Shown: one piece after another, positions 20,552-30,120 of the stretch
How the letters are laid out: every line of letters starts with the position of its first letter
How positions within the stretch are numbered: the stretch's first letter is position 1
Assembly (NCBI GenBank): GCA_040387855.1
Contig: JAZKCY010000001.1
Span: 782,922 to 846,921 of the forward strand
Source of the DNA: Patescibacteria group bacterium
GTDB lineage: Bacteria; Patescibacteriota; Minisyncoccia; Phycocordibacterales; JAKAEA01
Reading direction: 5' to 3'
Length of the DNA: 64,000 nucleotides
Notes under the pieces: model-generated
Databases searched by the model: none
The model's input: only the letters and a program-made list of their open reading frames with translations
What the model was told of the DNA's origin: nothing
Translations under genes and position numbers: made by a program

Positions 20552-20641
20552 CTATGCTCGCTTAGCTGTCTTCTTCTTTGCTACTTTCTTAGTAGTCTTT
20601 TTTGCAACCTTCTTCTTTGTTGCCTTCTTTTTTGCTGCCAT
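20552..20641 (-). CDS. 29-aa Lys/Ala-rich basic peptide (MAAKKKATKKKVAKKTTKKVAKKKTAKRA); histone H1 / HU-tail-like composition.
   Basis: Found by manual translation; it is below the ORF-track size cutoff. Clean ATG to TAG frame. A bulged hairpin plus T-run follows at about 20522-20550. A 320-bp AT-rich putative promoter region precedes it. Confidence 0.4.
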   Translation of the reverse strand: MAAKKKATKKKVAKKTTKKVAKKKTAKRA

Positions 20642-20965
20642 AATAGTATAAGATGTTATGAGTAATAAACTTTCACCATCATCATTCAAACAATTACCGA
20701 CTTTTATTTTTACAAAAATTATTTTTAAAATACTTTTTGTAAAATATTATTTAAAAAAATAATTGATGAATGAGTACATGAGTAATTATCATACACAAAA
20801 AATATTTTCACAATGATTTTTTTATTTATTTTGTGGATAACTTTTTTTATTTTTATTTATTTTTTTCAAAAAGTTTTGCAAAAATATTTTTCTAAATTAA
20901 TTATTTTATATTTTTATTAAAAAACTATTAATTTATTTTTATTTTTTAGTTTTTAAAAAACTTTT

Positions 20966-21988
20966 TTATATATACTGCACTTCTTTTTCTAAAACTATTT
21001 TTGTTTTTTCTTTTACACAAGCAATCATCTTTTCAGCAAGTTCTGCAACTTGATCTGCATTCCCACCTCCAAAATTAACAAGCACTAATGCTTGATTTTG
21101 ATACACTCCTACTTCCCCATCACGATAGCCTTTAAAGCCGCAAAGGTTATCTAAAATCCAAGCAGCTGGCACTTTAACAGTCTCAGTATCTAAGACGTAA
21201 TGTGGCATTGTAGGATAGAGTTCTAGCAAATCTTTATAGTGCTGAATTGGAACTATCGGGTTTTTAAAAAATGATCCCGCTGTTCCTATAAGCTTTACAT
21301 CAGGAAGTTTTTTAATTCGAATAGCTGTAATTATTTCACGAACTTTCTGTAATGTGAGATCAAATATATTGTTTGTAGCTATATAATCCTTTACATCTTT
21401 ATAATCAGTGCTTAATTTTCCATTTCTAGAAAGTAAAAATGCAACGCGAATGATTATATATTTTTTCCCTTCTGACTTTTTAAAATAACTATCACGATAT
21501 GCAAACTTGCATTGTTCATTAGTAAACTTTTCTAACTCATTTGATTCAGAATTAAAAACTTCAACCCAAGAAATAGTATCTTTCACTTCACTACCATATG
21601 CGCCAATATTTTGAACTGGTGTTGCTCCCACACTTCCAGGTATGTATGATAAATTTTCTAAACCAAATAAATTTTGATCAACAACAAAACCAACAAACGC
21701 GTCCCACTCTTCTCCAGCACCTGCAACAACTTCTACTTTTCCTTCACCCAATTCTTTAAGTTCTCTTCCCTTAATTACAATTTTAATTACAAGTCCTTCG
21801 AATCCTGAATCTGATACTAAAACGTTTGATCCTCCTCCAAGGATAAATATTTTAAGTTTTTTTTCTTTAGCAAAAGAAACTGCTTTTTGTAGTTCGTCTA
21901 TAGTAGAAACTTCAACAAAATATGTTGCGGCACCTCCAATATGAAAAGTTGTATGTTCTTTAAGCAGAATGTTTTCTTGAATTGTCAT
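20966..21988 (-). CDS. murB: UDP-N-acetylenolpyruvoylglucosamine reductase.
   Basis: FAD-binding N-terminal domain (TTFHIGGAATYFVEV...ILGGGSNVLV) and a MurB C-terminal domain. ATG 21988 is preferred; the track start at 22006 is a TTG that overlaps an upstream hairpin. Confidence 0.9.
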   Translation of the reverse strand: MTIQENILLKEHTTFHIGGAATYFVEVSTIDELQKAVSFAKEKKLKIFILGGGSNVLVSDSGFEGLVIKIVIKGRELKELGEGKVEVVAGAGEEWDAFVGFVVDQNLFGLENLSYIPGSVGATPVQNIGAYGSEVKDTISWVEVFNSESNELEKFTNEQCKFAYRDSYFKKSEGKKYIIIRVAFLLSRNGKLSTDYKDVKDYIATNNIFDLTLQKVREIITAIRIKKLPDVKLIGTAGSFFKNPIVPIQHYKDLLELYPTMPHYVLDTETVKVPAAWILDNLCGFKGYRDGEVGVYQNQALVLVNFGGGNADQVAELAEKMIACVKEKTKIVLEKEVQYI

Positions 21989-22293
21989 ATATTTACATGA
22001 TAGCAAAAAGCAGGATTTTATTCCTGCTTTAAGTTTGTATAGTTTTGGTTGCGTCCACGAATGGCCGACGGGGCTAGCTCCATATAAACAAATGTATTGT
22101 GAGTGCGGCCATCAGCCATTCCTAGAAACAACTCTCAGTATTGTATCTGATCATATGGAAATGTACAATATGTATTTCCCCAAAAACACAAAATCCTGCC
22201 GAAGCAGGACAATGTGACATTTGTTTATCAGAGCTAACACTTGTTAGCACTCACCCATGTAGTATAGCACTCGGATATTTTCAGTCAAGAAAA

Positions 22294-24522
22294 TTATGGC
22301 TTCACAGGATTTTTTCCTGCCCGAATATCTTTAATGTAGAGATCACCTTGTTCTTTAAATGTAGGATCAAGTTCTACGGCTTTTTGAATTTCAATAACAG
22401 CACTCTTTGTATCATTTAAGTAGAGATGTGCAGCTGCTAATGAAAGACGAGCTTTTGCATTCATTGGGTCTTTTGCAACACGTGTCTTCCATATTTCTAA
22501 GATCTTATCGAATTTCTGTTTTTCAAAATAAGCTTGAAGTAAGGTATCATTCCCTGCAATAAATTCTGGTGTGAATGTGCTAATCAGTTCTTGTGTCAAT
22601 TTTTCTTCGCCTGCATATATTGCTGCAGCTGCGTATGTTAGTCGAGCATCATCAAATTGCGGTGCCAATTCGTATGCCTGTTTGAAAAGAGGTAATGCTT
22701 TCTCGTAATCTTTTTTTGCAATATATGTAGCTCCAAGCTGGAATAATATTACTTGTTTACGTGGAGATAGTTTTTGTGCTTCTGTGAGGTATACAATCGC
22801 ATCATCATGTCGAGCTACACGATCACTAAAGCCTCCCATAATTACATATGCTCGTGCATCCTTTGGTGTTTCAGCAATCTGATTCTTTCCTTCTGCAAAG
22901 GCTAGTGCAAAAATATCAGTATTTCCTTTTATTTGATAAGGAGACATATGAATCCGTTCTGCAGTAGTTAACAATTGTTCTCGTACTTCTTGAGTACCAA
23001 TTGAACGATATGCGAGTGCTTTCCTAAAATATTCAATGTTTGGTGCTACATCACCGTTAAATGGCACAACATCATTTCCATTACGTACGGTTGCTCCTTG
23101 CTGTGAAATAGCTTGAATTAAATTAAGGTTTGTTCTAATAGATGGAACATTCACAAAGTAAATCATTGCAATTGTTGCAACAAGAGCTACTGGAGCAATA
23201 ATTCTATTTTTCTCAAATACATCATGTGTCTGCTTTGGTAGACTCTTTTGAGTTATATATGCAGCAAGAGTGAAAAAGAAAATATAACTAATCAAATTAT
23301 CGAATACAGCAATATTGTGAATAAAGTATGCGGTAAGCAATCCTGTAAGCACACTCTTCTCAGCAACAGTAAACACTGATTCTTTTCGCCATATGTACCA
23401 TAGTAAGGCTGCATATATTCCTAAGTATGATAGAAGTCCCAATATACCTCCAGCAATAAGCCAATCAAAAATCACATTGTGAGTACGATCAAACCACTGT
23501 TCCTGACCGTAGAGTTCCGGATTGTAATTTGTGTTGAACACATAATTAAAATTTTCTTGACCCCATCCAAAAACTGGTCGTTCTTTAAAGCCCTCGATCG
23601 CCATATTCCAAAGTAACAGTCGAGATTTTGTCGTAGTGTCACTGAGTGAAATTGAGGCAAAACGCTGAAGCTGTGGGTTATTTTGAACAAATGAAGTATT
23701 ACGAACGAGAATAAATCCACCGACAATAACTATTGTTGCAATGAGAATACCTCCAGCAGTTCTTCGGAGTAGTGATTTTCGTGCACCTAAGATAAGGAGC
23801 AATATACAGGTAAATAACACTCCTACAACAAGACCAATCAACGCACCTCGAGTCTCAGTTCTATAAAGAATAAAACTTTGCACGAGAATAATTGCTGCTC
23901 CAACAAGTATCTTAGCCTGACGATTGATCCATGTTATACCAAAAAGATTATATCGTCTTGATACTACAAGGTACGCGGTTATAAAAATATGAATTAAAAG
24001 ATATACGGCTAGATATGAAGCATTACCAAGTGTTGCATCAAGTCGATCACCTTGGTGAGTCTCATACATACCAGTAAGCTGCATTACGCCGTAAAAACAC
24101 ATCAGAACACTTGCAGCTATAGTCGTATTCCAAAACCAATTCCAAATTTTCTCGCTCTGAATTACAGTACTTACAACAAGAAAATAGGCCCCAAGATGGA
24201 GAAGTCCAATCAATCCTTCCATTCGTTCAAAGTTTGACCAAAAACTTTTAAATGGATTCAGCCCGGTTGCATCAGCAATAGCCATTACTCCGAGAAGTGC
24301 TCCCACTGCAATAAGTGTAAATGATTTTTGTGGGCGATACCGTTTATCTGTTACCGCTAGAATAAGCCATGCTCCAAAAAGAATTTCTACGAGAATTCTA
24401 AATACGAAACCTTTCCCTGTAATAAATGGGAAGAATAATGAGTTAGTAACTATGAATGGAATAATCAACACCAAAAAGATACCACCAATAATGCTATTCC
24501 GAAGTATTGTATTAATAGTCAT
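22294..24522 (-). CDS. O-antigen ligase/polymerase-like (Wzy_C family) polytopic membrane protein with C-terminal TPR repeats.
   Basis: About 12 TM helices with a Wzy_C-like central region and a C-terminal ~300 aa of TPR-like repeats (AYELAPQFDDARLTYAAAAIYAGE...). It is the first gene of the glycan cluster. Confidence 0.75.
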   Translation of the reverse strand: MTINTILRNSIIGGIFLVLIIPFIVTNSLFFPFITGKGFVFRILVEILFGAWLILAVTDKRYRPQKSFTLIAVGALLGVMAIADATGLNPFKSFWSNFERMEGLIGLLHLGAYFLVVSTVIQSEKIWNWFWNTTIAASVLMCFYGVMQLTGMYETHQGDRLDATLGNASYLAVYLLIHIFITAYLVVSRRYNLFGITWINRQAKILVGAAIILVQSFILYRTETRGALIGLVVGVLFTCILLLILGARKSLLRRTAGGILIATIVIVGGFILVRNTSFVQNNPQLQRFASISLSDTTTKSRLLLWNMAIEGFKERPVFGWGQENFNYVFNTNYNPELYGQEQWFDRTHNVIFDWLIAGGILGLLSYLGIYAALLWYIWRKESVFTVAEKSVLTGLLTAYFIHNIAVFDNLISYIFFFTLAAYITQKSLPKQTHDVFEKNRIIAPVALVATIAMIYFVNVPSIRTNLNLIQAISQQGATVRNGNDVVPFNGDVAPNIEYFRKALAYRSIGTQEVREQLLTTAERIHMSPYQIKGNTDIFALAFAEGKNQIAETPKDARAYVIMGGFSDRVARHDDAIVYLTEAQKLSPRKQVILFQLGATYIAKKDYEKALPLFKQAYELAPQFDDARLTYAAAAIYAGEEKLTQELISTFTPEFIAGNDTLLQAYFEKQKFDKILEIWKTRVAKDPMNAKARLSLAAAHLYLNDTKSAVIEIQKAVELDPTFKEQGDLYIKDIRAGKNPVKP

Positions 24523-24599
24523 AATAGTGAGACTATATCAGATAACACTATACAGAGCTACTTCAAATAATGGAATAACAACACTATTTACTATATAGT

Positions 24600-25859
24600 A
24601 TGATCATGAATACTTTTCTCGATTGGCTCCAACGAAGACTCAAAACTGATGTACGATACCTTGCTTCAGGTAGCTTTTGGCTCAACCTCAATTTTGTTAT
24701 AACTTCGCTCTTCTCATTTTTACTTTCAATAGCCTTTGCACACTTTGTTCCAAAAGATGTGTACGGTACGTTTCATTACATTATTTCTCTTGGAGGAATC
24801 ATCACTGCCCTCACCCTTTCAGGGATGAACTCTGCAGTTGTACTTGCTGTTGCACAAAATAATGAAGGTACTTTTAAACGCTCAATAATTGCTCAAGCAA
24901 AATGGAGTGTTGTTCCATTTATAGTAGCACTCTGTATGAGTGGGTATTATTTTTATAACAATAATACTATTCTTGCCATCTCTTTAATTATTATTTCTGT
25001 ACTAGTGCCTATTTCTTCTGTTGCAAATACTTACTCTGCCTTTCTCCATGGAAAAAAAGATTTCCGATCTAGTTTCTACTATGGGTTAATCATTAATGCT
25101 ATCTATTACGGAATTCTTTTTATTACTATTCTCTTTACCAACAATGTTCTCCTTATTTCGCTTGCATTCTTTATTGCTACAACTTTAGGAAATGTAGTTT
25201 CATATATTCTTACCTTTATTAAATATAAACCCAACAATCTTGTTGATGAAAAAAGTATTACCTATGGTAAGCATATGAGTGTGATGGGAGGATTTGGAAT
25301 GATTGCTAGTAAAATAGATAGTGTTCTTGTTTTCCATTATACGGGTGCCGTTGATCTCGCTATCTATACCTTTGCAAAAATCATTCCAGAGCGAGTTACC
25401 GGATTGTTTAAATCTGTAGGCTCAGTTGCATTGCCAAAATTCGCACAAAGGAATGAACAAGAAATACGAGCGACAGTCCTTCCTAAGACCATTCTGTTTG
25501 CTATTTTTATCTTTGTCTCATGTCTTTTCTATATACTTATTGCCCCATTTGTATTTAGAACATTTCTACCAAACTATGTAGATGCGATCGTATATACCCA
25601 AGTATTCTCACTTACTATTTTAATTGCAGCAGCAAACCTTCCAGTGTCAGCACTTATCGCTCACCGTTTGCAATCTCGACTCTATATATTCAATATAATA
25701 AATACGATCGTTCAAATCAGTGTTCTCTTTGTCCTTATCGTTCCCTTTGGAATTTGGGGAGCTGTCTATGCAAAGATAATCTTTAGTATCTTCTATGTAC
25801 TATTTGCCCTTGTGTTGTTTTTGATTCCTCACAAATCACAAGATCTAACTCTCAAATAG
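24600..25859 (+). CDS. Wzx-like polysaccharide/O-unit flippase (MOP superfamily).
   Basis: 419 aa with ~12 TM helices and the typical polysaccharide-biosynthesis-protein topology; it sits next to the Wzy-like gene. Confidence 0.75.
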   Translation: MIMNTFLDWLQRRLKTDVRYLASGSFWLNLNFVITSLFSFLLSIAFAHFVPKDVYGTFHYIISLGGIITALTLSGMNSAVVLAVAQNNEGTFKRSIIAQAKWSVVPFIVALCMSGYYFYNNNTILAISLIIISVLVPISSVANTYSAFLHGKKDFRSSFYYGLIINAIYYGILFITILFTNNVLLISLAFFIATTLGNVVSYILTFIKYKPNNLVDEKSITYGKHMSVMGGFGMIASKIDSVLVFHYTGAVDLAIYTFAKIIPERVTGLFKSVGSVALPKFAQRNEQEIRATVLPKTILFAIFIFVSCLFYILIAPFVFRTFLPNYVDAIVYTQVFSLTILIAAANLPVSALIAHRLQSRLYIFNIINTIVQISVLFVLIVPFGIWGAVYAKIIFSIFYVLFALVLFLIPHKSQDLTLK

Positions 25860-26825
25860 AATTTCTGACCCTGTATCAGTAAAGGTAAATGGAATCTCAC
25901 GAAGCTTAGAAAGTGCAGCTCGTAGTTTTTTATGATTTTTCTTTTCAGAATAGAATAAGAGGAACCCTCCACCACCTGCACCTAAAAGTTTTCCACCTAT
26001 CGCTCCGTTGTTTATACCAAGAGAATAATATTTATTTATAAGTTTATTGGAAATTGTATTTGCTAATGACTGCTTAAGTTCCCAACCAGTATGAAGCAGC
26101 TTTCCAAAAGCATGCAGATTTCCAGCTTCAAGGACAGCTTTGGTTTCATATGCAATTTCCACCATTCGTTTTGTAGCATCTATTGCATGAAAACTTGTCT
26201 GTAAATTTTCTTTTTGTTTTTCTAATATGGTATTAGCAGAACGAGTAATTCCTGTATAAAATAATAAGAGATTCTCTTCTAATTCTTTTTTTATTTTAGG
26301 CTGTATCCTTACGGGTTCAACAGTTACTTTCCCGTTCTTTAAAAACTTGTAGAGATTTAGCCCTCCATACGCTGCAGCATATTGGTCTTGCTTACCAATA
26401 GGTGAACCAAGCTTTTTAATTTCAGTCTCGCACGCTTTTTGTGCAAGCTGTTCTGGAGTTAGATGCTTTCCAAATTTGTATGTATGCAAAATATTGTGAA
26501 GTCCTACAGCAAAGGCACTTGAAGAACCTAGCCCAGTTTTACCAGGAATATCACCCATTGTTTCTATCCCAATTCCTGTGATCTTTAAATCAGTAATAAT
26601 TGATCGAGCTATACTATTCTTTATTTTTAAAACATTCTTTACGTTCTCGGTTTTACTATACTTAAGCAAAATTTTATCCTGCTCAAAGTTTTGATGCGCA
26701 GTTATATGAATGAATTTATCAATAGAAGTACTCACAACAGCTCCACCATATTTTTTGTAAAAATCTGGTAGATCAGATCCCCCACCAGCAAAACTAATTC
26801 TATAGGGTGTTCGGCTGAGTATCAT
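25845..26825 (-). CDS. hddA: GHMP sugar kinase, D-glycero-D-manno-heptose 7-phosphate kinase (HddA)-like.
   Basis: N-terminal RTPYRISFAGGGSDLPDFY is characteristic of HddA-type heptose-7-P kinases. A GHMP ATP-binding loop (PGKTGLGSSSAFAVG) is also present. Confidence 0.75.
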   Translation of the reverse strand: MILSRTPYRISFAGGGSDLPDFYKKYGGAVVSTSIDKFIHITAHQNFEQDKILLKYSKTENVKNVLKIKNSIARSIITDLKITGIGIETMGDIPGKTGLGSSSAFAVGLHNILHTYKFGKHLTPEQLAQKACETEIKKLGSPIGKQDQYAAAYGGLNLYKFLKNGKVTVEPVRIQPKIKKELEENLLLFYTGITRSANTILEKQKENLQTSFHAIDATKRMVEIAYETKAVLEAGNLHAFGKLLHTGWELKQSLANTISNKLINKYYSLGINNGAIGGKLLGAGGGGFLLFYSEKKNHKKLRAALSKLREIPFTFTDTGSEILFES

Positions 26826-26892
26826 AGTGGATTACACATTACCACACTTAGTATTTTAGGGGTAGATGTGCTACATTAGCCATATAATTCAT

Positions 26893-27825
26893 ATGACATC
26901 TGATAAAAAAACAATCCTTGTAACAGGTGGTGCAGGTTTTATTGGTTCAAATACCGTAAATCTTTTATGTGATCAAGGTCATGCTGTTAGAGTAATTGAT
27001 GACCTCTCTTTTGGATACGAAGAATTCTTAGACCCACGAGCTACTTTTTTCAAAGGTTCACTTGCTAATAATGATGTGCTTGATAAAGCATTGTCGGGTG
27101 TGGATGTGGTTATGCACTTTGCAGCATCAAGTATTATTAAATTTTCTATAGATAATCCCCTCACCTATATTGAAAATAATATTGTAAACAGCACAAAACT
27201 TCTTGAAGGTATGCGACGAAATAATGTAAAAAAGATTGTATTCTCTTCTTCTGCATCTGTCTATGGTGAACCTTTAGAAATTCCTATTACTGAAAGTCAT
27301 CAAAAAAAGCCTCTGCAACCTTATGGCGCAAGTAAGATGGCATTTGAAGATATTTTGAGTGGCTATCATCACAGCTTTGGCATTGAGAGCGTTTCACTTA
27401 GATTTTTTAATGTGTATGGGCCTCGCGATGAGCAACAGCCGGCTACACGTGCAGTACCACTATGGATTAAAGCAATTCTTAGGAATGAGCCAGTTGGAGT
27501 CTACTGGAACGGTGATCAACTTCGTGATTATATTTTTGTGCGCGATGTAGCTCAAGCTCACAGTGATGTTATGAATCTGCCAGGTTGCAATGCATTTAAT
27601 ATTGGATCCGGCTCTGGAATTATAATGCGCGATCTTTTGGAAGAAATCGTAAAACTCACAGGCAGTACCTCTGAAATAAAAGATCTTGGAGAGCGCTTGG
27701 GAGACCCTGCAAAGCTTGTAGCTGATACGTCAGCAATACATAAAGCTGTTGGATGGAAACCCAAAGTTTCTCTTACTGAAGGTCTTCAAGAAGCAATAGC
27801 GTTTTACAAAAGCAGAATGAAATAA
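26893..27825 (+). CDS. NAD-dependent epimerase/dehydratase (extended SDR).
   Basis: TGGAGFIGS Rossmann motif and a YGASK catalytic YxxxK. The start is probably MTSDKK at 26893 rather than the track start at 26866. Confidence 0.8.
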   Translation: MTSDKKTILVTGGAGFIGSNTVNLLCDQGHAVRVIDDLSFGYEEFLDPRATFFKGSLANNDVLDKALSGVDVVMHFAASSIIKFSIDNPLTYIENNIVNSTKLLEGMRRNNVKKIVFSSSASVYGEPLEIPITESHQKKPLQPYGASKMAFEDILSGYHHSFGIESVSLRFFNVYGPRDEQQPATRAVPLWIKAILRNEPVGVYWNGDQLRDYIFVRDVAQAHSDVMNLPGCNAFNIGSGSGIIMRDLLEEIVKLTGSTSEIKDLGERLGDPAKLVADTSAIHKAVGWKPKVSLTEGLQEAIAFYKSRMK

Positions 27826-27826
27826 T

Positions 27827-29035
27827 ATGAAAGCAGTTATTCTGTGTGGAGGATTGGGTACACGACTACGACCTCTTACCGATACAATTCCAAAAGTCAT
27901 GGTACCTATAGGCGGCAAACCGCTTATTCAACGTCATATAGAATGGCTTGTGGGGAATGGCATTCAAGATATTGGTATTAATCTTTTTTATTTACCTCAA
28001 GTTGTAAAAGATCATGTGAAAGATGGATCTCAGTGGGGAGCACGAATTCATTACTCTCATCAAGATACACTCTCAGGAACAGCTGGAGACTTTCGAGCTT
28101 TTAAAGATTTTGTGGGTGATCAACAGTGTCTTGTGATTTATGGTGATAATTTATTTTCTTTAGACCTGAATCATTTCAAAGAATTTCACGAAGCAAAAAA
28201 AGGAACAGCAACAATTGCCCTGCGTGAATGGGAAGATCCCACATCGAAAGGTATCGTTGGATTAGATAACGAGCAGAAAATTCTATGGTTTAAAGAAAAA
28301 CCAAAGCCTGAAGAAGTAACGAGTACTATTGGCAATGCTGCTATTTATATTCTCGAACCCGAATTATTTTCACATATTCCAGATACAGGAGAAGTAGACT
28401 TTGGTATGCATACCTTCCCTTCTCTATTAGAAAAAAATAAACATATCTATGGATATGTACTTTCTACGTATCACAAAGATATTGGTACGCATGAAGCATT
28501 ACAAGAGGCTCGAGAAGATATACAAAAAATATATCCACACAAAGCAGTATTTCTTGACCGCGATGGAGTATTAAATAAAAAACCTGCAGTATATGATTAT
28601 GTGAAAAGCTTTGAAGAATTTGAATGGAATCCTGGAGCGAAAGAACTTGTTAAGCAGATAAAAGAGCTTGGTTTTTTAGCTGTAGTCATTAGCAATCAAC
28701 AAGGCGTGGGACGTGGAAAAATGTCTGCTCAATTTGTGAACGAGCTTCATCAAAAGATGCAGCAAGATCTAGTAGAATATGGAACTTCAATAGATGGCTT
28801 CTATTTTTGTGGGCACTTACGATCAGATGGATGCACATGTCGGAAACCGCAGCCAGGAATGCTTTTTCGTGCAGCAGAGCAACATGGTATCAATCTTGAA
28901 AAGAGCTTTATGATTGGAGACACTATTACAGATATGGAAGCAGCCCGAAAAGCAGGCTGTACAGAAATCTTTATAGAAAGTGATACTATTAATAACGAAT
29001 TAGAAAAAATCCTAGAGATTCTAAAAAAGTCATAA
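27827..29035 (+). CDS. Bifunctional fusion: sugar-1-phosphate nucleotidyltransferase (HddC/GDP-heptose guanylyltransferase-like) at the N-terminus plus D,D-heptose 1,7-bisphosphate phosphatase (GmhB, HAD family) at the C-terminus.
   Basis: N-terminal ILCGGLGTRLRPLT nucleotidyltransferase motif. C-terminal FLDRDGVLN HAD motif I plus the GmhB-specific CGHLRSDGCTCRKPQPGM zinc/cysteine motif. Confidence 0.8.
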   Translation: MKAVILCGGLGTRLRPLTDTIPKVMVPIGGKPLIQRHIEWLVGNGIQDIGINLFYLPQVVKDHVKDGSQWGARIHYSHQDTLSGTAGDFRAFKDFVGDQQCLVIYGDNLFSLDLNHFKEFHEAKKGTATIALREWEDPTSKGIVGLDNEQKILWFKEKPKPEEVTSTIGNAAIYILEPELFSHIPDTGEVDFGMHTFPSLLEKNKHIYGYVLSTYHKDIGTHEALQEAREDIQKIYPHKAVFLDRDGVLNKKPAVYDYVKSFEEFEWNPGAKELVKQIKELGFLAVVISNQQGVGRGKMSAQFVNELHQKMQQDLVEYGTSIDGFYFCGHLRSDGCTCRKPQPGMLFRAAEQHGINLEKSFMIGDTITDMEAARKAGCTEIFIESDTINNELEKILEILKKS

Positions 29036-29036
29036 T

Positions 29037-30116
29037 ATGATTATTCACATTGTATCTACTGTTCCCCAGGGTAATTCACTTTTTCGTAGAGCTTTAGACA
29101 AAGCAATTCGAATTACAGGAATTATACCTCCGCTTCATCGATATGGGATTGATGCTTTGATTCCTTGGAAAAAACCACTGCGCTCTCCTCATGCATCATC
29201 TCGAAATCTTTTGCATCATTTTAAAAAGCTTGGAAAAGTAAAATATTATAGTCTGTATGAAAAAGGAGTTATCAAGCTTGCACCTGATGATATTTTTCTA
29301 GGACAAATAGTGCCCGATGGCGGATTTACCTATGATTCACGACCACAGACAGATGATCACGCATCTATTACTTCTCGCACATTAAGAGAAAATCCGGACA
29401 ACCACAATAAATATCTCATAATTCCTTTTGCAAATGATAAAGCACTCTGGGGATGGTCAAAAGATATAGTAGAAAACCATGCTGATAAAGTAGTACTCAT
29501 TGCTGGGGAAATTTGGACTCGCAATTGGAAAGATGGAGTATATCCAAGTCTTGATCTAAAAAATGTTGTGCGCATAGATAACGGAATTGATCCATTAGAA
29601 TATCCCATAATTAAAAAGTCATTCAACAAACCTGAAAACAGAAAGTTCTTATATATTGGACATACTGCATTTTATAAGAATACTAAAGAACTTGAACGTA
29701 TAGCAGAACAAATGCCTGGATTTGTGGGAGGACACATTGGTCTAGGTAATGTAAAAGGCTGGAAAAAAATTGCAGACTTTGCAGATCTCACTCCAGAGTT
29801 CATGACAAAGATCGCAGAGGAATATGATATATTCGTGACAACGAGCTCAGCAGACGCTCAAGCTACTACTATTATGGAAAATATGTGTTTTGGCTTCCCT
29901 ATTGCTTGCACTCCAGAAACAGGATATGAATACCCATCAATTGTGAAGCTTGACACAACCAATACTGAAGCTAATATTAAGGCACTTACCATGTTAAAAA
30001 ACATGAGTGAGCCTGAATTAAAGGCACTCGTAGATGAAAACTTAAAAGTGATACAAAAATTCCATACATGGAATACCTACGTTACAACAATTTCAGATTT
30101 TATGAATTTAAAATAA
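29037..30116 (+). CDS. Putative GT-B fold glycosyltransferase.
   Basis: The C-terminal half resembles GT4-type nucleotide-sugar binding domains (RKFLYIGH... TIMENMCFGFPIACTPETG). The N-terminal half is divergent. Confidence 0.5.
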   Translation: MIIHIVSTVPQGNSLFRRALDKAIRITGIIPPLHRYGIDALIPWKKPLRSPHASSRNLLHHFKKLGKVKYYSLYEKGVIKLAPDDIFLGQIVPDGGFTYDSRPQTDDHASITSRTLRENPDNHNKYLIIPFANDKALWGWSKDIVENHADKVVLIAGEIWTRNWKDGVYPSLDLKNVVRIDNGIDPLEYPIIKKSFNKPENRKFLYIGHTAFYKNTKELERIAEQMPGFVGGHIGLGNVKGWKKIADFADLTPEFMTKIAEEYDIFVTTSSADAQATTIMENMCFGFPIACTPETGYEYPSIVKLDTTNTEANIKALTMLKNMSEPELKALVDENLKVIQKFHTWNTYVTTISDFMNLK

Positions 30117-30120
30117 TACA

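Noticed and set aside
18303-20665. Multiple plus- and minus-strand ORFs nested in secA (for example 18760-19266 and 20294-20665).
   Set aside because: They are antisense or out-of-frame within a highly conserved gene, with low-complexity translations.
22035-22419. Small plus-strand ORFs in the murB upstream spacer. Also tested it as SRP RNA, tmRNA or 6S RNA.
   Set aside because: The ORFs have no features. GAAGCAGG superficially resembles SRP domain IV, but the required symmetric loop and GGAA apex are absent. There is no tRNA-like end for tmRNA. I kept it only as a structured-leader candidate.
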